Of a stretch of 64,000 nucleotides of DNA, positions 38,140 to 51,314 are shown piece by piece; the stretch's first letter is position 1; each line of letters begins with the position of its first letter. Made by a program: the position numbers and the translations under genes. The stretch is from Lama guanicoe. Lineage: Eukaryota. The notes under the pieces were generated by a model. The model saw only the letters and a list, made by a program, of their open reading frames with translations. It was not told where the DNA came from and did not search any database. The stretch spans positions 15,094,851 to 15,158,850 of the forward strand of contig MU056000.1 of assembly GCA_013239625.1 (NCBI GenBank), read 5' to 3'.

Positions 38140-38533
38140 GCTGCCCTGGTTTCAACATACACCCAAATTATTTGATATTCCTTCCTTCCAAAGGTGGAAA
38201 CTAATTCTCTTCCCCTTGATTGTTTGATGGACTTTGAGACTTACGTAAATGAAGAGAATGAGGCTAAAGGGATATAAAGTGACTTCTGATTTGAAGTCAG
38301 AAAAAGAATAGCTCCATGTGCCTTTCAATTTCTCGGACCACTTATTCTAGAGGAACCAATCTATGATGCTACTTGCTCCCATGTCATGGAGAAGCTCTGA
38401 GTGGAGGAACTAAGGCTTCCTGATGACACCTCCCGCCAGTTAATCATGTAACTCATGAATAAGCAAAGGATTACTGCACTTTATAGTTACTAAGTTTTAA
38501 AGGGCTTGTCATACAGAGTAGACATCTAAGACA
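38140..38533 (+). mobile_element. MaLR LTR (MLT1F/G-like)
   Basis: cccaaattatttgatattcc...aaaggtggaaactaattc...gaggaactaaggc...actaagtttt...agacatctaagaca. Confidence 0.75.
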
Positions 38534-38829
38534 TAGGTCTTAGACAGAGTTTGTTAAGCATGTGCCTAAATTTTCATATTTAATGCTAATGAAAATGAGA
38601 TTTTTGTATTTCAGTTTTAATTGTTCATATTTTGTTAAGTAGCATTAAATAAGAAGAATATTTTTGGTAGATATAGTTTCTTTGTCTTAATAGAGCACAC
38701 ACAGAATTTATTTTAATGTGACAGAAAATTCAACACAGATATTAGTCCACAGTGCATAAAATAATTACATTTATACAGTGAAAAGTTATTTTATTTTTTG
38801 AAATTACAGTAGAATTTTCACAACAAAAA

Positions 38830-39070
38830 TATAGCCTAGTGTGTATTAGTAGAGTTTACTATGTGCTCTGTACTTATGTTACCTCATTCCTTTCTCACAA
38901 ATATCCCATTCTTCAAACATCCGTGAAATAGGGAATATTGTGTCATTTTACTGATAAGGAAACTAAAGCACAGAAAGTCTATGACATTTCCCCAAGTCAC
39001 AGGGCTGGTAATTGTAGAGACAAGATTTACATACAGAGTTAGCTAAATCCAGAATCCACATTTTTATCTA
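38830..39070 (-). mobile_element. MIR SINE
   Basis: cattttactgataaggaaactaaagcacagaaag...ccccaagtcacagggctggtaa. Confidence 0.85.
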
Positions 39071-39080
39071 GTGAATTATA

Positions 39081-40105
39081 TAAACAACCTAACTAAAAAA
39101 TGGACAAAAGTTCAAAATAGACACCTGGCCAAAGAAGATACACAGATGGAAAATAAACATATGAAAATATACTGAACATAATATGTCATTAGGGAGTTAC
39201 AAATTAAAACAACACTGAACTACCACTACACATGTATTAGAATTGATAAAATAAAAAATATATATATAAAATACTAAATGCTTGTGAAGATGCCGAGCAA
39301 TAGGAAGTCTCAATCATAGCTGGTGCAGATACCAAGTGATACAGCCATTTAGGAAGACAGTTCAGACATTTCTTATGAAGCTCAAGATGGTCTCATTGTA
39401 TAATCCAAACATTGTACTCGTGCATATTTGCTCAAATAGACTGAAAACTTATGTCCTTACAAAAATCTACACATGAAAGTCTATAGCATCTTTATTCAGA
39501 ATTGCCAAAAACTGGAGATAGACAAGAAGTCTTTCAATAGGTAAATGGTTAAACTGTAGTATATACAGACAATGAAATCTTATTCAGCAAGAAAAAGAAA
39601 TTTGATATTAAGCCACAAAAAGACATGGAGGAATGCTAGATGCATATTGCAAAGAAATCCAGTCTACAAATGTTAGAAACAGTGTGATTCCAAATGTATG
39701 ACATTCTTCAAAAGACAAACATGTAGAGACTAAAAAGGATCAGTGTTTGTTAGGGGTTCAGAGGAGATAGGGAAAGGGATGAATCGATAAAGCCCAGAGA
39801 TTTTTAGGGCTGCAAATCAACTCTATACAAAACTGTGATGGTGAGACATGATATGCTTTGTCAAAACCCATAGAGCTGCACAACACAGAGTGAATCCTCA
39901 TGTAAACTATGAACTTCAGTTAATTATAATGTATCAATATTGATTCATCAATTATAACAAATGTACCATATTAATACAAGATATTTGTAATACCTTAACT
40001 GTATTTAGTGGGGCAGTGAAGAGGGGGATATATGGGAACTCTGTATGATGTATTGAATTTTTCTGTAAACTTAAAAAATAAAGTCTGTTCAGTAATTTTG
40101 TAAAA
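39081..40105 (+). mobile_element. L1MC1/2-like 3' fragment (ORF2 end and 3' UTR)
   Basis: aaaaaatggacaaaag...ccaaagaagatacacagatgg...aagccacaaaaagacatggagg...gtcaaaacccataga...gggaactctgta...aataaagtct. Confidence 0.92.
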
Positions 40106-40499
40106 ATGAAAATCACCAGTCCATGTGAATACATCATTGAGCTCCTCCCATGGCTCTGAAAGGGGCAGTTCTCTGAAGTGACATACATGAAAAACATTTT
40201 CTTCCAACTTCTCTGACTAAATCCTGGTGCATTCATGGAAATTCCAAGAGAGTAGTGCCATATGTAATGTGCTTCTGTTTCATCACTGGTAGCTAGCAAT
40301 GACTCAGACAATATATGCCAAAAAGATGATTGGAGGAAGAAATGACTGATTGAAAGAATGACAAAACAAATCAAATATTTGATCAGTTTACTTGTTCTTC
40401 CTTCATGGCAATCATAATCTTGTCTTCTTTCCATATACTCAATGCCACCATCGTACCTAACGTTCTATTCTCAGCCTTATTTCTCCCTCAGTAATCCAC

Positions 40500-40802
40500 C
40501 TTACCCATCCTTCTCGTCTGAGCTGTTTAGTGTCTCATTCCTCAATCTCACCTTACATATCAGCTTCATTACAACTGCTCCCTGTCTAGTGCTCCCTTAG
40601 AACATTGCCATCGATCCCAGTTCTACTGAATCTTTTTAGTGATATATTGTAATTATTTCAGTATCTCTTTCTCCTGCAGAAGTGTGAGCTAATCAAGACC
40701 AATACAGTGTTTTACTTATTTATTACAGTTTACCTAACTCTTGCAATAATGCCTGATAGAGTTATAAATTAATTATTGGTACCATGAATAAACTAATGAA
40801 TG
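40500..40802 (+). mobile_element. L2 3' end
   Basis: agaagtgtgagcta...aataatgcctgata...atgaataaactaatgaatg. Confidence 0.6.
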
Positions 40803-40994
40803 TCACTGCCTTTGCATAAATCATGTCATAGAAAATCTCTGCCTGCCCATTTTAATAAATGTAGTCAATTGCAGAAAAGCCTAAGGCAGTAGGCAGAATT
40901 TGTAGAGAAGTAAACAAGACATAATTGCCAGAAGGTAAAATCATGTAATTGAATGTGCATAGGCTTTATATTAAAAAATATTTCACTTTCGTTA

Positions 40995-41392
40995 TACAGT
41001 TAGGTACTTTACGACCTTGGGAAGTGAAAGTAATCACTGTCCATTTTCCCTCTGAAGAATAATTTGTTTGGTTCTTAGGAGAATAAGTGAGGTAACCAGA
41101 TGTGAAAGACTCCAACGATGCCTGGCATGTAGGAAGCATTCAAAAGGCGTTATGTCTGGTCTCCTTAACTTTTATGGAAAGACTTGGAAACCTTGGGTCT
41201 GATCTCAGCTCTGCCGTTGATGAGTGGTTGAGCTCAAGTGGGTCATGTAAAATCTTGGATTCTTAATTTTGATCATCTACAAAAGAATCGTAACAGCATC
41301 ATATAGATGTTGTGGACATTCAACTCAATAGTGTATGTAAAGTGCTGAGCTGTGTGTCTATTACATATAGTAGCTCAGCAGAGAATTAACCA
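40995..41392 (+). mobile_element. Two tandem MIR SINEs
   Basis: gaccttggg...tgcctggcatgtaggaagcattcaa; tgggtctgatctcagctctgcc...catctacaaaa...gtatgtaaagtgctgagc. Confidence 0.8.
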
Positions 41393-44300
41393 GTTTAATG
41401 TAAAATATGTTAATTAAAGCCTCATTAGACCGCGGTCCCAAAGTGGGAGGACAGTTGGGTTGGTACTAAGAATCCAGAGTCTTAAAGCCTGGTGCTAAAC
41501 CAGCTTATCAAGATGCATTGGTCTTTGTGGAGTTGGTCTGGCCAGCATTAGTCTGTCACCTCCATGAACCAAATTAGACTTGGGGTTAAAGACGCTAAGA
41601 AGAGGATTTTTGTGGCAGAGATTTTCAGTGTGTTTGCATTACTCTCCAGTCCTTAGAGGTGAGCAAAATGGGAATGGATCCCTAATATTGCAGTTTAAGT
41701 CAGGGGTGAGGTGCCCAAAAAGACTATTTGGGGAGGCTGATGTGGGTGCTCTGGAGATTAGTGGATGCAGGGAAACCATGCCTGATTGCTAATATGATTA
41801 CTGAGAGAAAAGAGAGAGATGGGGAGTGAGAGATGAACTTAGTATCAGGATGTAACCCAGCTGTCAGAGGGGACTGCAAGAACCATGAGGACTAAGGAGG
41901 AAAGACCTCAGGGGCTAGCCTGAAGCATCACTAGAACCAACAGAACTGTGTCGAAGGATATCCTTGCGTGCCTTTTCAAGGAACCTGTTCAAGTGCCAGA
42001 ACTGGCTGTCCCAATTACTCGAAAACAAGTCACATTAGATTGTACCCACTTCTTTACATCCTGCTCCCTCCCACAAGCTTACAAAACTGGGTCAGGCCTA
42101 AGTTGGACAGAGTTTTAAATATTCAATATTTACAAGGAGTGAACTGGATTTCTTGTTCCAGACTAGTATTAACTTGTTCAAAACCAAAACAAATGGAACA
42201 TTTATGTAATCATTGCAAATAACTGATAAAGTTAAGGTTCCTGTTTTCTGTTTCATCCAAAAGTGTAAAATGAACAAATTGGGAAGGAAGCAATAATAAA
42301 AATCAGTTATTAAATTCACTTCCTATAAAACCCATTTCATTTAATGGACGAATTATTTCTGTTAGTGATATGTCATAGTTATTATAAGAGATATGTACAA
42401 CAATAGTGCTTCTTTGGGTTTTAATCCTATAAAGACAGTACTTAAATCAGTAAACATGCTTAATTCTGAATGTCTCAGCATACTTTTCCGTACTTTTCCT
42501 GTGGAAATTATCAGTGCTTTACTACAGTTGGGTGAGTTGTGCAAAACTATTGGAATCACAAACCCTCTGGCAATGGAGTTGGATTCAATCAACCCTTGAC
42601 TGGCTACGTCTGCCACAAAAAAAAAAGGGGTCATTACAAAGAAATTGTGATTGTATAATCCTATTTTGGTGTAATTAAAAAGAAAAGGTGAACGAGATCT
42701 AGATATGAGAAGATGGTAGAGGGGAGAATATAAGTTTAGGTGGTTTGACAAAAATTCAGACCTTAGATGACATAAAATCTAAATGGTTTTACTGTTTTAA
42801 GAACCTCAATCCCCTTTGCATCTTGCTTTCTTTGGTGCCCTGACATATCTCTAGCTTTCTCAAAGGTTTGTATGTTCATTGACAGGTATTCATCTGTGTG
42901 TATATATTTATACACACACATATACTTATTTATTCATTTACATATTTATATTTAAATATATTTTTCCTTTCTAGTACTTGTTCGTGGTGGTGGATAGTGG
43001 AATGTGTGTGTGTATATGTCTGTGTGTGTTTGTGTGTTTGAGCTTGGACATTTTTTTCCTGGTATTATAGAGGGAAGTAGCCATTTCATTAAGAGTCACT
43101 GACATGTAGATATTATTTGAGGTCTTCTCATAGCATAAGTTTAATCAAACAGCATCTGGTACCAGTGGTTATTTAGCAAAGTTCATCTGCTCCATAGGAA
43201 AAGAGAACATGAGTCTTACAGCTATCCCCAGTCCTTTTGTTTGCTTTTACAGTCCGAACCACTGTTGAGACACGTCACAAGAAAAGAATGATCATTGCCT
43301 ATAATTAGACATTTAATATAGTGACTCATGAGAAGTTTTTGGACATTCAAGGCATCAATGAGTCAATTATATTTCTAATCTTTATAACTTTACTAAAACA
43401 GTGCTGCTGAGAGTCATTACTCTTGATTAATAGCAAAGCATAATAATTAGAAGAAAAAGTCTATGTTTTTCTTTGCTTTCTGACTGCAGGCACATATGCC
43501 AATATTCAGTGGGACATCTGGGACATGCGGGCTGCATTTTTACAGCTGCTCCAGACAGAAAATCTTCCCAATATCTGTATATTCAATATAGCTAGGCAAC
43601 AAAAACGGCAATTTACAGTTGGCAGCCCTCTGAACTTCCCTTCTCTCCTTGTGCCTTAATGAAATGATATATCTTAGCTGGACTTTCCAACACTAGGAGT
43701 TTCAGTTCCCGCAAGTAAGCCATTCAGTCTGAAATTGCTTTTATTTTGATTTCAAGTTTCACATTTTCTGTATCCAGAATTTTGCCAAAATAAACTTTGA
43801 AAAATTGTGACTCTCCACCGTATTTTCTCCATCCCCCAAACTGATGACATTTAGTTTACACTGCATCGTGCAATTCTCATTTGTATTGAAATGCTCTACT
43901 ACTGACTTTGTAACAGCAAATGAGGCTTGCAGAAAACTCCATCCAGAGAGTCATGTTCTTCTATAAATGTGATAATTGCCCCCATTTGAGTACTGATTCA
44001 TTTGGCCTTCATATGGGTAATTAAGAACCACAGAACTGTGATAATCACCTAACCACATGGTATTCTGAACATTTGCAACATCCTATTTAAAGCATAGCAA
44101 TTAAATTAAATACATCCTGCAAAAGATTTTTTTTTTAAATGAAAGGCGATTATTATTTCTTTAGAATTTACACTTGAAGGTTGAAGCCAGTTTCTGTATC
44201 ATTCCTTGGTCAAGCATTACAGTCATAATGTATTATCGTGTTAATTAATAACTTAGCTATGTCTCATTGTACCATAATGTGTGTGAGAATTGTTTCTAGT

Positions 44301-44829
44301 TTCTTATGTACAAAATACAGAATGTAGATCTTTATTTTGATACAATGCAAATAAGCTTTTATTTTATATTAGGTGCTCATTTTACATGACTGAAAGAAAA
44401 AGAGAAATACTTTGTTCATAAAAGATAGTATGATCAAATAGTTCAAATGTTGTAGATACCATTACTTTTCTAAGAGATTCTATTTGATTAATTGGTTAAA
44501 TTGATTGTGATTATGTTTCAGTTTTCATTTATGTTAGTATAAGTCAACATAATCTAACCTTGAACTATATGAATGTTTTGCATTTACATGAAACAATATT
44601 TGTGGACTTCAGCATCTCACTCTATACATAAATTAGTAATATGATATTTATGCCAATAACTTAAATCTCCATTATAAGAAGGCAAATGAGCAGGGGAGAT
44701 GAGGAGGAGGGAAAGATGGTTTGATAAGCATGATTTAATCTCTTAACTTCCTCGTCAAAATATCTCTGATTTTTCCCCCATTTTCAGATGTACAAAAAGC
44801 AACAATGAGCCCAGGAATGATGGTTTCCT

Positions 44830-45283
44830 CCAGCAGCTCCAGGGGATAAACCCTGATGGTTTTCAGAGTTTAATTCCACCCCTGCCCTTTATCTGTGTTT
44901 ATCTTAGGGTTGGGAAGATGACCAAATTCTAACCACTGAGCCCTTAGAAGACATCTGGTGTGAGGCTTCTGGGAAAGATTATACTAACATATTTAAGTAA
45001 AAGTACAGAAACCTAAAAGACCACTTAATTACTTAGGGGTAATGGATACTGTCATGTGAAAACTTGGAACAGTGGCAGGTCTCTTGGAACAATGTTAACC
45101 CAAGAGAGGCCACCCAAGAGACTCAAAGGAATTTAAATTCTTCCATTGCTCAACTATTGAATTAAATACTCCTCCTTGAATTAACCACCTTCCTCCAGAA
45201 CTTTTATTTAGTGAGATAATCAACAACTTAATGACAAACACATTTTAGGTGAATGTTCTCTTTCTTGTAGACAAGAGTGATAA
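44830..45283 (+). mobile_element. Old MaLR LTR (MLT1K/L-like)
   Basis: atgaccaaattctaaccactgag...ggcttctgggaaag...cttggaacagtggcagg...agaacttttatttagtgagataat. Confidence 0.65.
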
Positions 45284-45709
45284 AAAAAAAGTCAAAAATA
45301 TCACAGCAAAATTGGACATAGCCTGGCTTATGGAGAATTTTCTCTAATTATGCCCCTAAGCCTCTCTCTGCTCCTGAGAAGGGGCAGCATCTTCTCTGAT
45401 TGGTATATTTAGGGGAAAATAGCTGTAAATGATCAACTGGGCTTTATTTTTATTTTCAAGGCAAGAAATAGTTTCTCCCCAATATCCAATCCCCCACCCA
45501 AGTTTAGATGTGAAAAGAGATTTCCCTCATTATCTGAGTTCTTCAGACTGATTTTTTTTCTCTTTCCTCCCTGTCATCATCTCTACAGATCACAAAGCCT
45601 TGTTTCTTATCTGTAGAATGTTCTTTGAGGATTTCTTTCTCCTTTGCCACTTCAACTACGTTTCTCTGGCTTTATCACATAAACAACAAACTCCTAAATC
45701 CATAGGAAT

Positions 45710-46035
45710 AAATAGATGAGAACTTGGATTTAGATTCAGAAGAAGTGGTTGCCAATCTTTATTGTACTAGTTGTATGACTTTTATGTCTAAGCACATGAT
45801 TTCCCTGCTTTAGATACCTCATCCCTCTCTCCTAATTCTATCCTGCATTTTGCTCCAACAGTATTGGCATTGAATATTTCAATATTACCTGCTACACATA
45901 AATGGAATTCTGTTTTAATAAAATTTAAGATTCTTAAGGATATGGTTCACATTTTACTTGACTTTGTTTTCCTAGCATCAATTGCAATATTTAACCCATA
46001 AGTGTTCAACAAATAATTCCTGAATTAATACATGA
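45710..46035 (+). mobile_element. MIR fragment plus L2 3' end
   Basis: ggatttagattcagaaga...tactagttgtatgact; taagattcttaagga...cataagtgttcaacaaata...tgaattaatacatgaa. Confidence 0.6.
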
Positions 46036-46216
46036 AATTCTAATCATTATTAGTGCCATATACCTATTAATAAAAATAATATTGGTATTTTTTCTACTTA
46101 TTATTATCACTACATTCCCAATTATATAATTCAAGTGCAAAATAAACAACAAGGAAAAAATTAGACATTATAAGTAGGAACATCATTTCTAATATGAGGA
46201 AGAAAGGAATTATATA

Positions 46217-46664
46217 TAGATTTTCCTCAACTTACTACACAGTTACATTCTGATAAATCCAATGTAAGTTGAAAATATTGGTAAACAGAAATGCATTTAA
46301 TACACTTAACCTACCAAATATCATAGCTTATCCTAGACAAACTTAAATGTAGGATGCATTTAGTGCTGAAACTAGATAGTGAGAAACAAAATGGTTGTAT
46401 GGATACAGAATGGTTTTAAGTGTATCAAGAGTATTGGTTGTTTACCGTCGGGATGGCATGGCTGACCAGGAGCTGCCACTCACTGCCACTCACTGCCACT
46501 GCCCAGCACCGCCAGAGAGTACTGTATACCATGTGTTACTAGCCCAGGAAAAGATCAAAATTCAAAAGTTAAAGTATAGCTTCCACTGAATGTGTGTTGC
46601 TTTCACACCATCGTAAAGTTGCAAAATCGTTAAGTCAAACTATCGTTAAGTCGGGGACCATCTA
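46217..46664 (+). mobile_element. MER47/Tigger5-type Tc1/mariner element
   Basis: tagattttcctcaacttac...aatgcatttaatacacttaacctacc...gaaaagatcaaaattcaaaa...taagtcggggaccatcta; inverted termini in TA context; internal (ctgccactca)x2.8 duplication at ~46473-46500. Confidence 0.9.
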
Positions 46665-47364
46665 TATATAAATGTAGACAGAATAAATACTCCATTGGTC
46701 ATTTGTATGATCCTTTTTTCCTTATATAGAATGCCAAATGTCAGATAGGATATTGAGCTGAAGAAAAGGACCACCGAATGAGTCAAATAAGTGTATCACA
46801 AATCTGTCATCAGTTCTGAACATTGGACGAAGCAGAAACCTCATTTTTATTTATTATTCTGAGTTTTACCATATCTCAAATCTTGTATAGAATTGCTCTG
46901 GGTATAGATCACGAATCTCATTATTTTTTTTTGTTTACATGGTGATTCTGATGTGCTCTAAAGTAAGGCTCTGGCACCACTTTTCCCATCAATTCAATAC
47001 TCACATTTTTATATTGGAACATTTCAGGTAAAAAGGGAATGGCAAAGCTCCAAATCCCAATAAGGGTCAATTTTTTTAAAAATTATATCATCCTTTGAAC
47101 TATCAGTGCTGGTAGGTGGGAGAATTAGAATCAAAAAGTCAGAATCCTGCTTTGCTCTTTTCCCTGATCACAATCCCCATTTATCTAACTGGTCTGCTAT
47201 GATGATCTGATGAGATACTTTGACAATACTTTGTAAATTCTGAATTGTTATTGCTACTTTATTAATATTTCAAAATAATGCTTCCAGTCTGATCTTATTT
47301 CATTATTCAACCTCCTATTCCTGCCAACTATAGAATAAAGCTAAAGGCTATAAAATTTGTTGGC

Positions 47365-47548
47365 AGAGGGACCCAACATTCAGGAACTGTATCCTTTCCA
47401 GTTCTAGGACCTGGGGAAAGTCACTTTACCTCTGTGAGTCTCAGTTTTCTTATCTATACAAGAACTATATAACGAAGACCAGGACTATTATTATGAAATA
47501 GCACATTAACTCTGTTGATACCTAAGTGTGCATAATCGGTAGACAATA
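47365..47548 (+). mobile_element. MIR SINE
   Basis: gacctggggaaagtcactttacctctgtgagtctcagttttcttatcta. Confidence 0.85.
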
Positions 47549-47689
47549 TTTTTTTAAAAGCTGATAAAGCTGATGAATCCTCTTATGCAGGTTTTAAAAT
47601 CCTCCTGCCCCACTTTACCTATGTGCTTTTTGCCAGTCTCAGCCTAAACATAACCAGTGCTATGGATGGACTGGCCTTTGTGGTTCTTA

Positions 47690-47922
47690 TTATAACTGCA
47701 GGATATCCTTAGCAATAACCATCAGGAAACTTTGAAAGAGAAAGGTTTATTACTTACAGGTCCTGGAAATTACATGACACATCTGGGGCCACACAGCGAG
47801 GTTACAGGGGGAGAGAGAGAGAAAGGATTCCACTGGCATTAAGGATGGGGGCCCAGGGTTTCTGGGGTTCACTTTTTACTGGTGAGTTTAAAACATAAGT
47901 GTGTGTATTTAAAGAGGAAGAG
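47690..47922 (-). mobile_element. ERVL-type LTR fragment (MER54/73/74-like)
   Basis: actgcaggatatcc...gaaaggtttattacttacaggtcc...ggggccacacag. Confidence 0.5.
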
Positions 47923-47924
47923 AC

Positions 47925-48445
47925 TTGAGCCTCTTGCCTGTCTGATTTAGATGACATTTAGATGAGACTTCAGAGTTTAAAGAGTTAACGCTGAAATGAG
48001 CTAGACGTTGGGGGCTGATGAGCTGAAATGAATGCATTTTGCATGTGAGAAGGAGATGAGTTTTGCTGAGCCAGGAGCAAAAAGTAATAGACAAAATGTT
48101 TGGGTCTCCCAAAGTTTGTATTTTGAATCCTTAACTCCCAGGATGACTGCATTTGGAGATAGTCCCTTTGTGGAGGTATTAAGGTTAACTGAAGTTATAA
48201 GGGTGGAGCCCTAATCTGAAAGGTTTGGAGTCCTCACAAGAAGAATAGAGACATGTGCTTGCTCTCTCTCGACCGGTACACAGAAGAAGGGCCATGTGTC
48301 CTCACAGTGAAGAGGTGGCCATCTACAAAAGCCAGGAAGAGGGCTCTCACCATACACCAACCATGCCAGCACCCTGATCTCAGACTTCCAGCATGCAGAA
48401 CTAAGAGAAAATAAATTTATGTTGCTTATGCCCTCCAGTCTATGG
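47925..48445 (+). mobile_element. MaLR internal 3' end joined to an MLT1A-like LTR
   Basis: gatttagatga...attttgcatgtgagaaggagatgagttttg...gagcaaaa (internal end) followed at ~48083 by gtaatagac...atttggagat...ggtggagccctaat...tctcagacttccagc...aataaattt. Confidence 0.85.
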
Positions 48446-49309
48446 GCATCAAAACATCAAGTTGTACACATCTTTGGGGCACAGTAGGGGGACTGCTCTG
48501 CATGCATAGAACAACTGTCTTCCCCATTGGAATCAGTCTTATGCTTGGTTCTTAAAATATGTTGTTCATTAATAAATTTAAAAATATCTTTTAACACTTG
48601 CCAAAATCAGTGAAGAAAATGAGACTAAGAGCTATAGAAAGGTTCATACTTCAGGAGCACGTTTGACAGGGTAAAATGCAGGGAAACAGGTTAAACCTAA
48701 AAATTTAAGCTTGGAAGTGGACAGATTCCAATCTATTATGAATGCACAAAAGAAAGGAAGACTGTTAAATATTTATTATAGAATAATCGTTGCATGGCTA
48801 TTTTAGGATGTTTTGTTAGTAAAATCAGATGGGGTCTTTGGATAAGCTGGCATTGCATTAATATTTTCCTCTTTGAAAATGATGAAATAGAACATAAACC
48901 CTCACAACTCCAAATGTGGCTTCTATTCAACTTTGTCAAAGATGTTTTTGACTCATATGATGAGGGAAGCCTCTGTTTTGGAAATAGAATATGAAAGACT
49001 TACTGATGGAATGTATGAAGAGTTATCAATGAGAAGAATTAAAAAAGACTTGTAGAATTTTCTTGTTTGTTTGATTGTTTAATTTTCTATTTGGGCTAAA
49101 CAAATAAATGGTTACTCTCTATGATGTAACAGAGTTCTGTGTGAACAAATAGCCAAGCTGCATGGACTGTCACATTTCATGTACATTTCTCTTCTCCTCC
49201 ATCGCCACTGCCATCAAATTTAATATATATCCCTGAGCTATATGCCACTTTAGTCACAGACTCAGATGCCTTGGATCCTAAGTCTCAATTCTCATGTTAT
49301 GGTTTTTGT

Positions 49310-49480
49310 ATCAGGAAAGATATATGAATTCCAGGTCTAAAAGTTAATAGTTCTGTGAATGGAAAAAGCCATTTAACGTCACTGAAATTTAGTTTCTTTC
49401 CATGAGATGGAATAATAATAACCACCTTGCAGAGTTGTTAGAAGAGAAAATATATACCAATTCTAATAACTTATATGTAT
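49310..49480 (+). mobile_element. MIR fragment
   Basis: agccatttaacgtcactgaaatttagtttct...gaataataataaccaccttgcagagttgtt. Confidence 0.7.
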
Positions 49481-50229
49481 TTGAAGAACTGATTTCCATG
49501 GGGAATACAGTTTTTTCAGTTATATTATCCATATCTACCTATCTACCCTAACCCTATGCCCATATCTACCCTAAGCCTACATATCCTTCAAGTTTTGCTT
49601 TCTTACTTAGATTATCTTCAAGATCTCTAATTTGTAATATTTTCCTTTTTTAATACAGTATTTATTATCCAAATGATTTGATTTGGCATTTCAGCATATG
49701 CTTCCCTAGACCTCTATTTGATTGGAATACAAAGTTACATCCCTGTATTAGGTTGGAGTTCAGTTAGAAGCCAGTCTCTCCCTGTCACAATGTGTAGAGC
49801 TTAGTAATGACTGGTTGTATTTTTGTATTTGTTTACACACTGTTGTTTTCTTAGAGTTGACATGGTATATTTTTGTTATAAAATTGAATGAATTAGTCTT
49901 TCTTCTATATTTATTGTATTTTAAAAGAGGCATCAATATATTCTCTTTTTTTCTACATTTTTTAATATAGCTCACAACAAATTCTCTTGTAAAATACCTA
50001 AAACAATTATTATACAAACTGCTAACTCTGGTATTTAACCTATAATTTAAAAAAATATATATGATTGTGTATTTGTATGTGTTTGTATTTATAGATTATT
50101 TAGAGGGCCTATTGACATAATGCATATATTTATCATATGATATAAAACTAAAAAAAAATCCTCTCTAAGTAAAGTAGTTTATTATTAATTTTTTCTTGCT
50201 GAGATTGAAAATTGTCATAATCTATTTAT

Positions 50230-50489
50230 ATAACAGTGTGGTGACAGACTAGAAATTGTAATATGCATTTTTTATCAAGATTTACCATGTCTAAGAATTT
50301 AAATAAGAACATAATAGGATCATTGTGCAAAGCTCTTTATCTTTACATGTCATAAAGGCTTTATATGTTTGCAAAATCTTCAATATAGCAATGAAACTAT
50401 TGATAATTAGTTAAATAAAGTAGGGTATATCCATATTATGAAATGCTGGTCATCTATTAAAGTATATATAGATAAATGTGTATTGATAT

Positions 50490-50490
<1 letters not shown>
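50230..50490 (+). mobile_element. L1ME-like 3' fragment
   Basis: gttaaataaagtagggtatatccatattatgaaatgct. Confidence 0.5.
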
Positions 50491-50492
<2 letters not shown>

Positions 50493-50531
<39 letters not shown>

Positions 50532-50740
50532 CACCTCTTATTTACATAGTGATTGCTATGTAACAGGAAACTTCTAAGGACTTTAATTACAATGACTCAT
50601 TTAATCCTTACAACCCTATAGGAGGTAGGACTATTTATCATCAAGATTATACTGCTTCTAAGAGGATATGTAGAATTCTAATCCTGTGGTTAGAATTCTG
50701 TTGCTTCACAGCATTCATGCTCTTTAACTCCTCTGCTGTA
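50493..50740 (-). mobile_element. MIR with an expanded (AAT)n tail
   Basis: (aat)n at ~50493-50529 then ctcatttaatccttacaaccctataggaggtaggacta. Confidence 0.8.
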
Positions 50741-51314
50741 CTGGAAAAATACTCACGTGGGAGTTATATTTTTGATTAGAAAAAAATAAATAAGCAAAAG
50801 TTAGATTATATGTACACAGAGAGAGAGAAAGTAAGAAAGAGAAATGAGGGAAAGGAAGGAGAGAAAAGGAAGCAGAGAAGAGGGAGGAGGAGAGAGAAAA
50901 AGATACATGACTGCATTTTTTAAGTTTTTAAACACGTTTGCCAAAAATCAGTGATAGAGACATATGGATGGTAGAATGTACCCTGATTTGTACGTTATAT
51001 TTATCTGCGTTAGGGAATTTTGGAAGACTATTTCATTAAGAGCAGCTGGGCCAATTTAAAACCCACCAATACACCACACGGATATGAATGGTTCCAGACA
51101 GAGAAGAGGGACAGGATATCCTAGAAGGGAATCTAACCACAGGATTCAGCAACATTAACTGGTAGCCTGTGATAGTGTTTTTCAAATGCTAGACAGATGC
51201 CTAGATTGAATTTCCAGTTCCTCAGAGAATGTGGCTAAGCAAGCTTAATGTTTGTTTGAAAAGTCAGTTTTTATAGTTTTAAGTCTCTACTTTCTGAGAT
51301 TTGTTTTACCTCAT

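Larger units (their letters stand above)
36950..38630 (-). mobile_element. Old L1 ORF2 3' region, interrupted by two MLT1 LTRs
   Basis: tatatcctggatgcaaatcctttgt...ctaagaaacctttgcttaac...ccaattgtctcaacatcatttgttgaa...aaccctgctggattttcatt...atagataaatttagacagaattga. Confidence 0.85.

Noticed and set aside
39952..40434. 160-aa minus-strand ORF
   Set aside because: Runs antisense into an L1MC 3' UTR; composition is not protein-like
49530..49590. Interstitial telomeric repeat
   Set aside because: Only two scattered CCCTAA units within degenerate ATCTAC/CCCTAT low-complexity sequence
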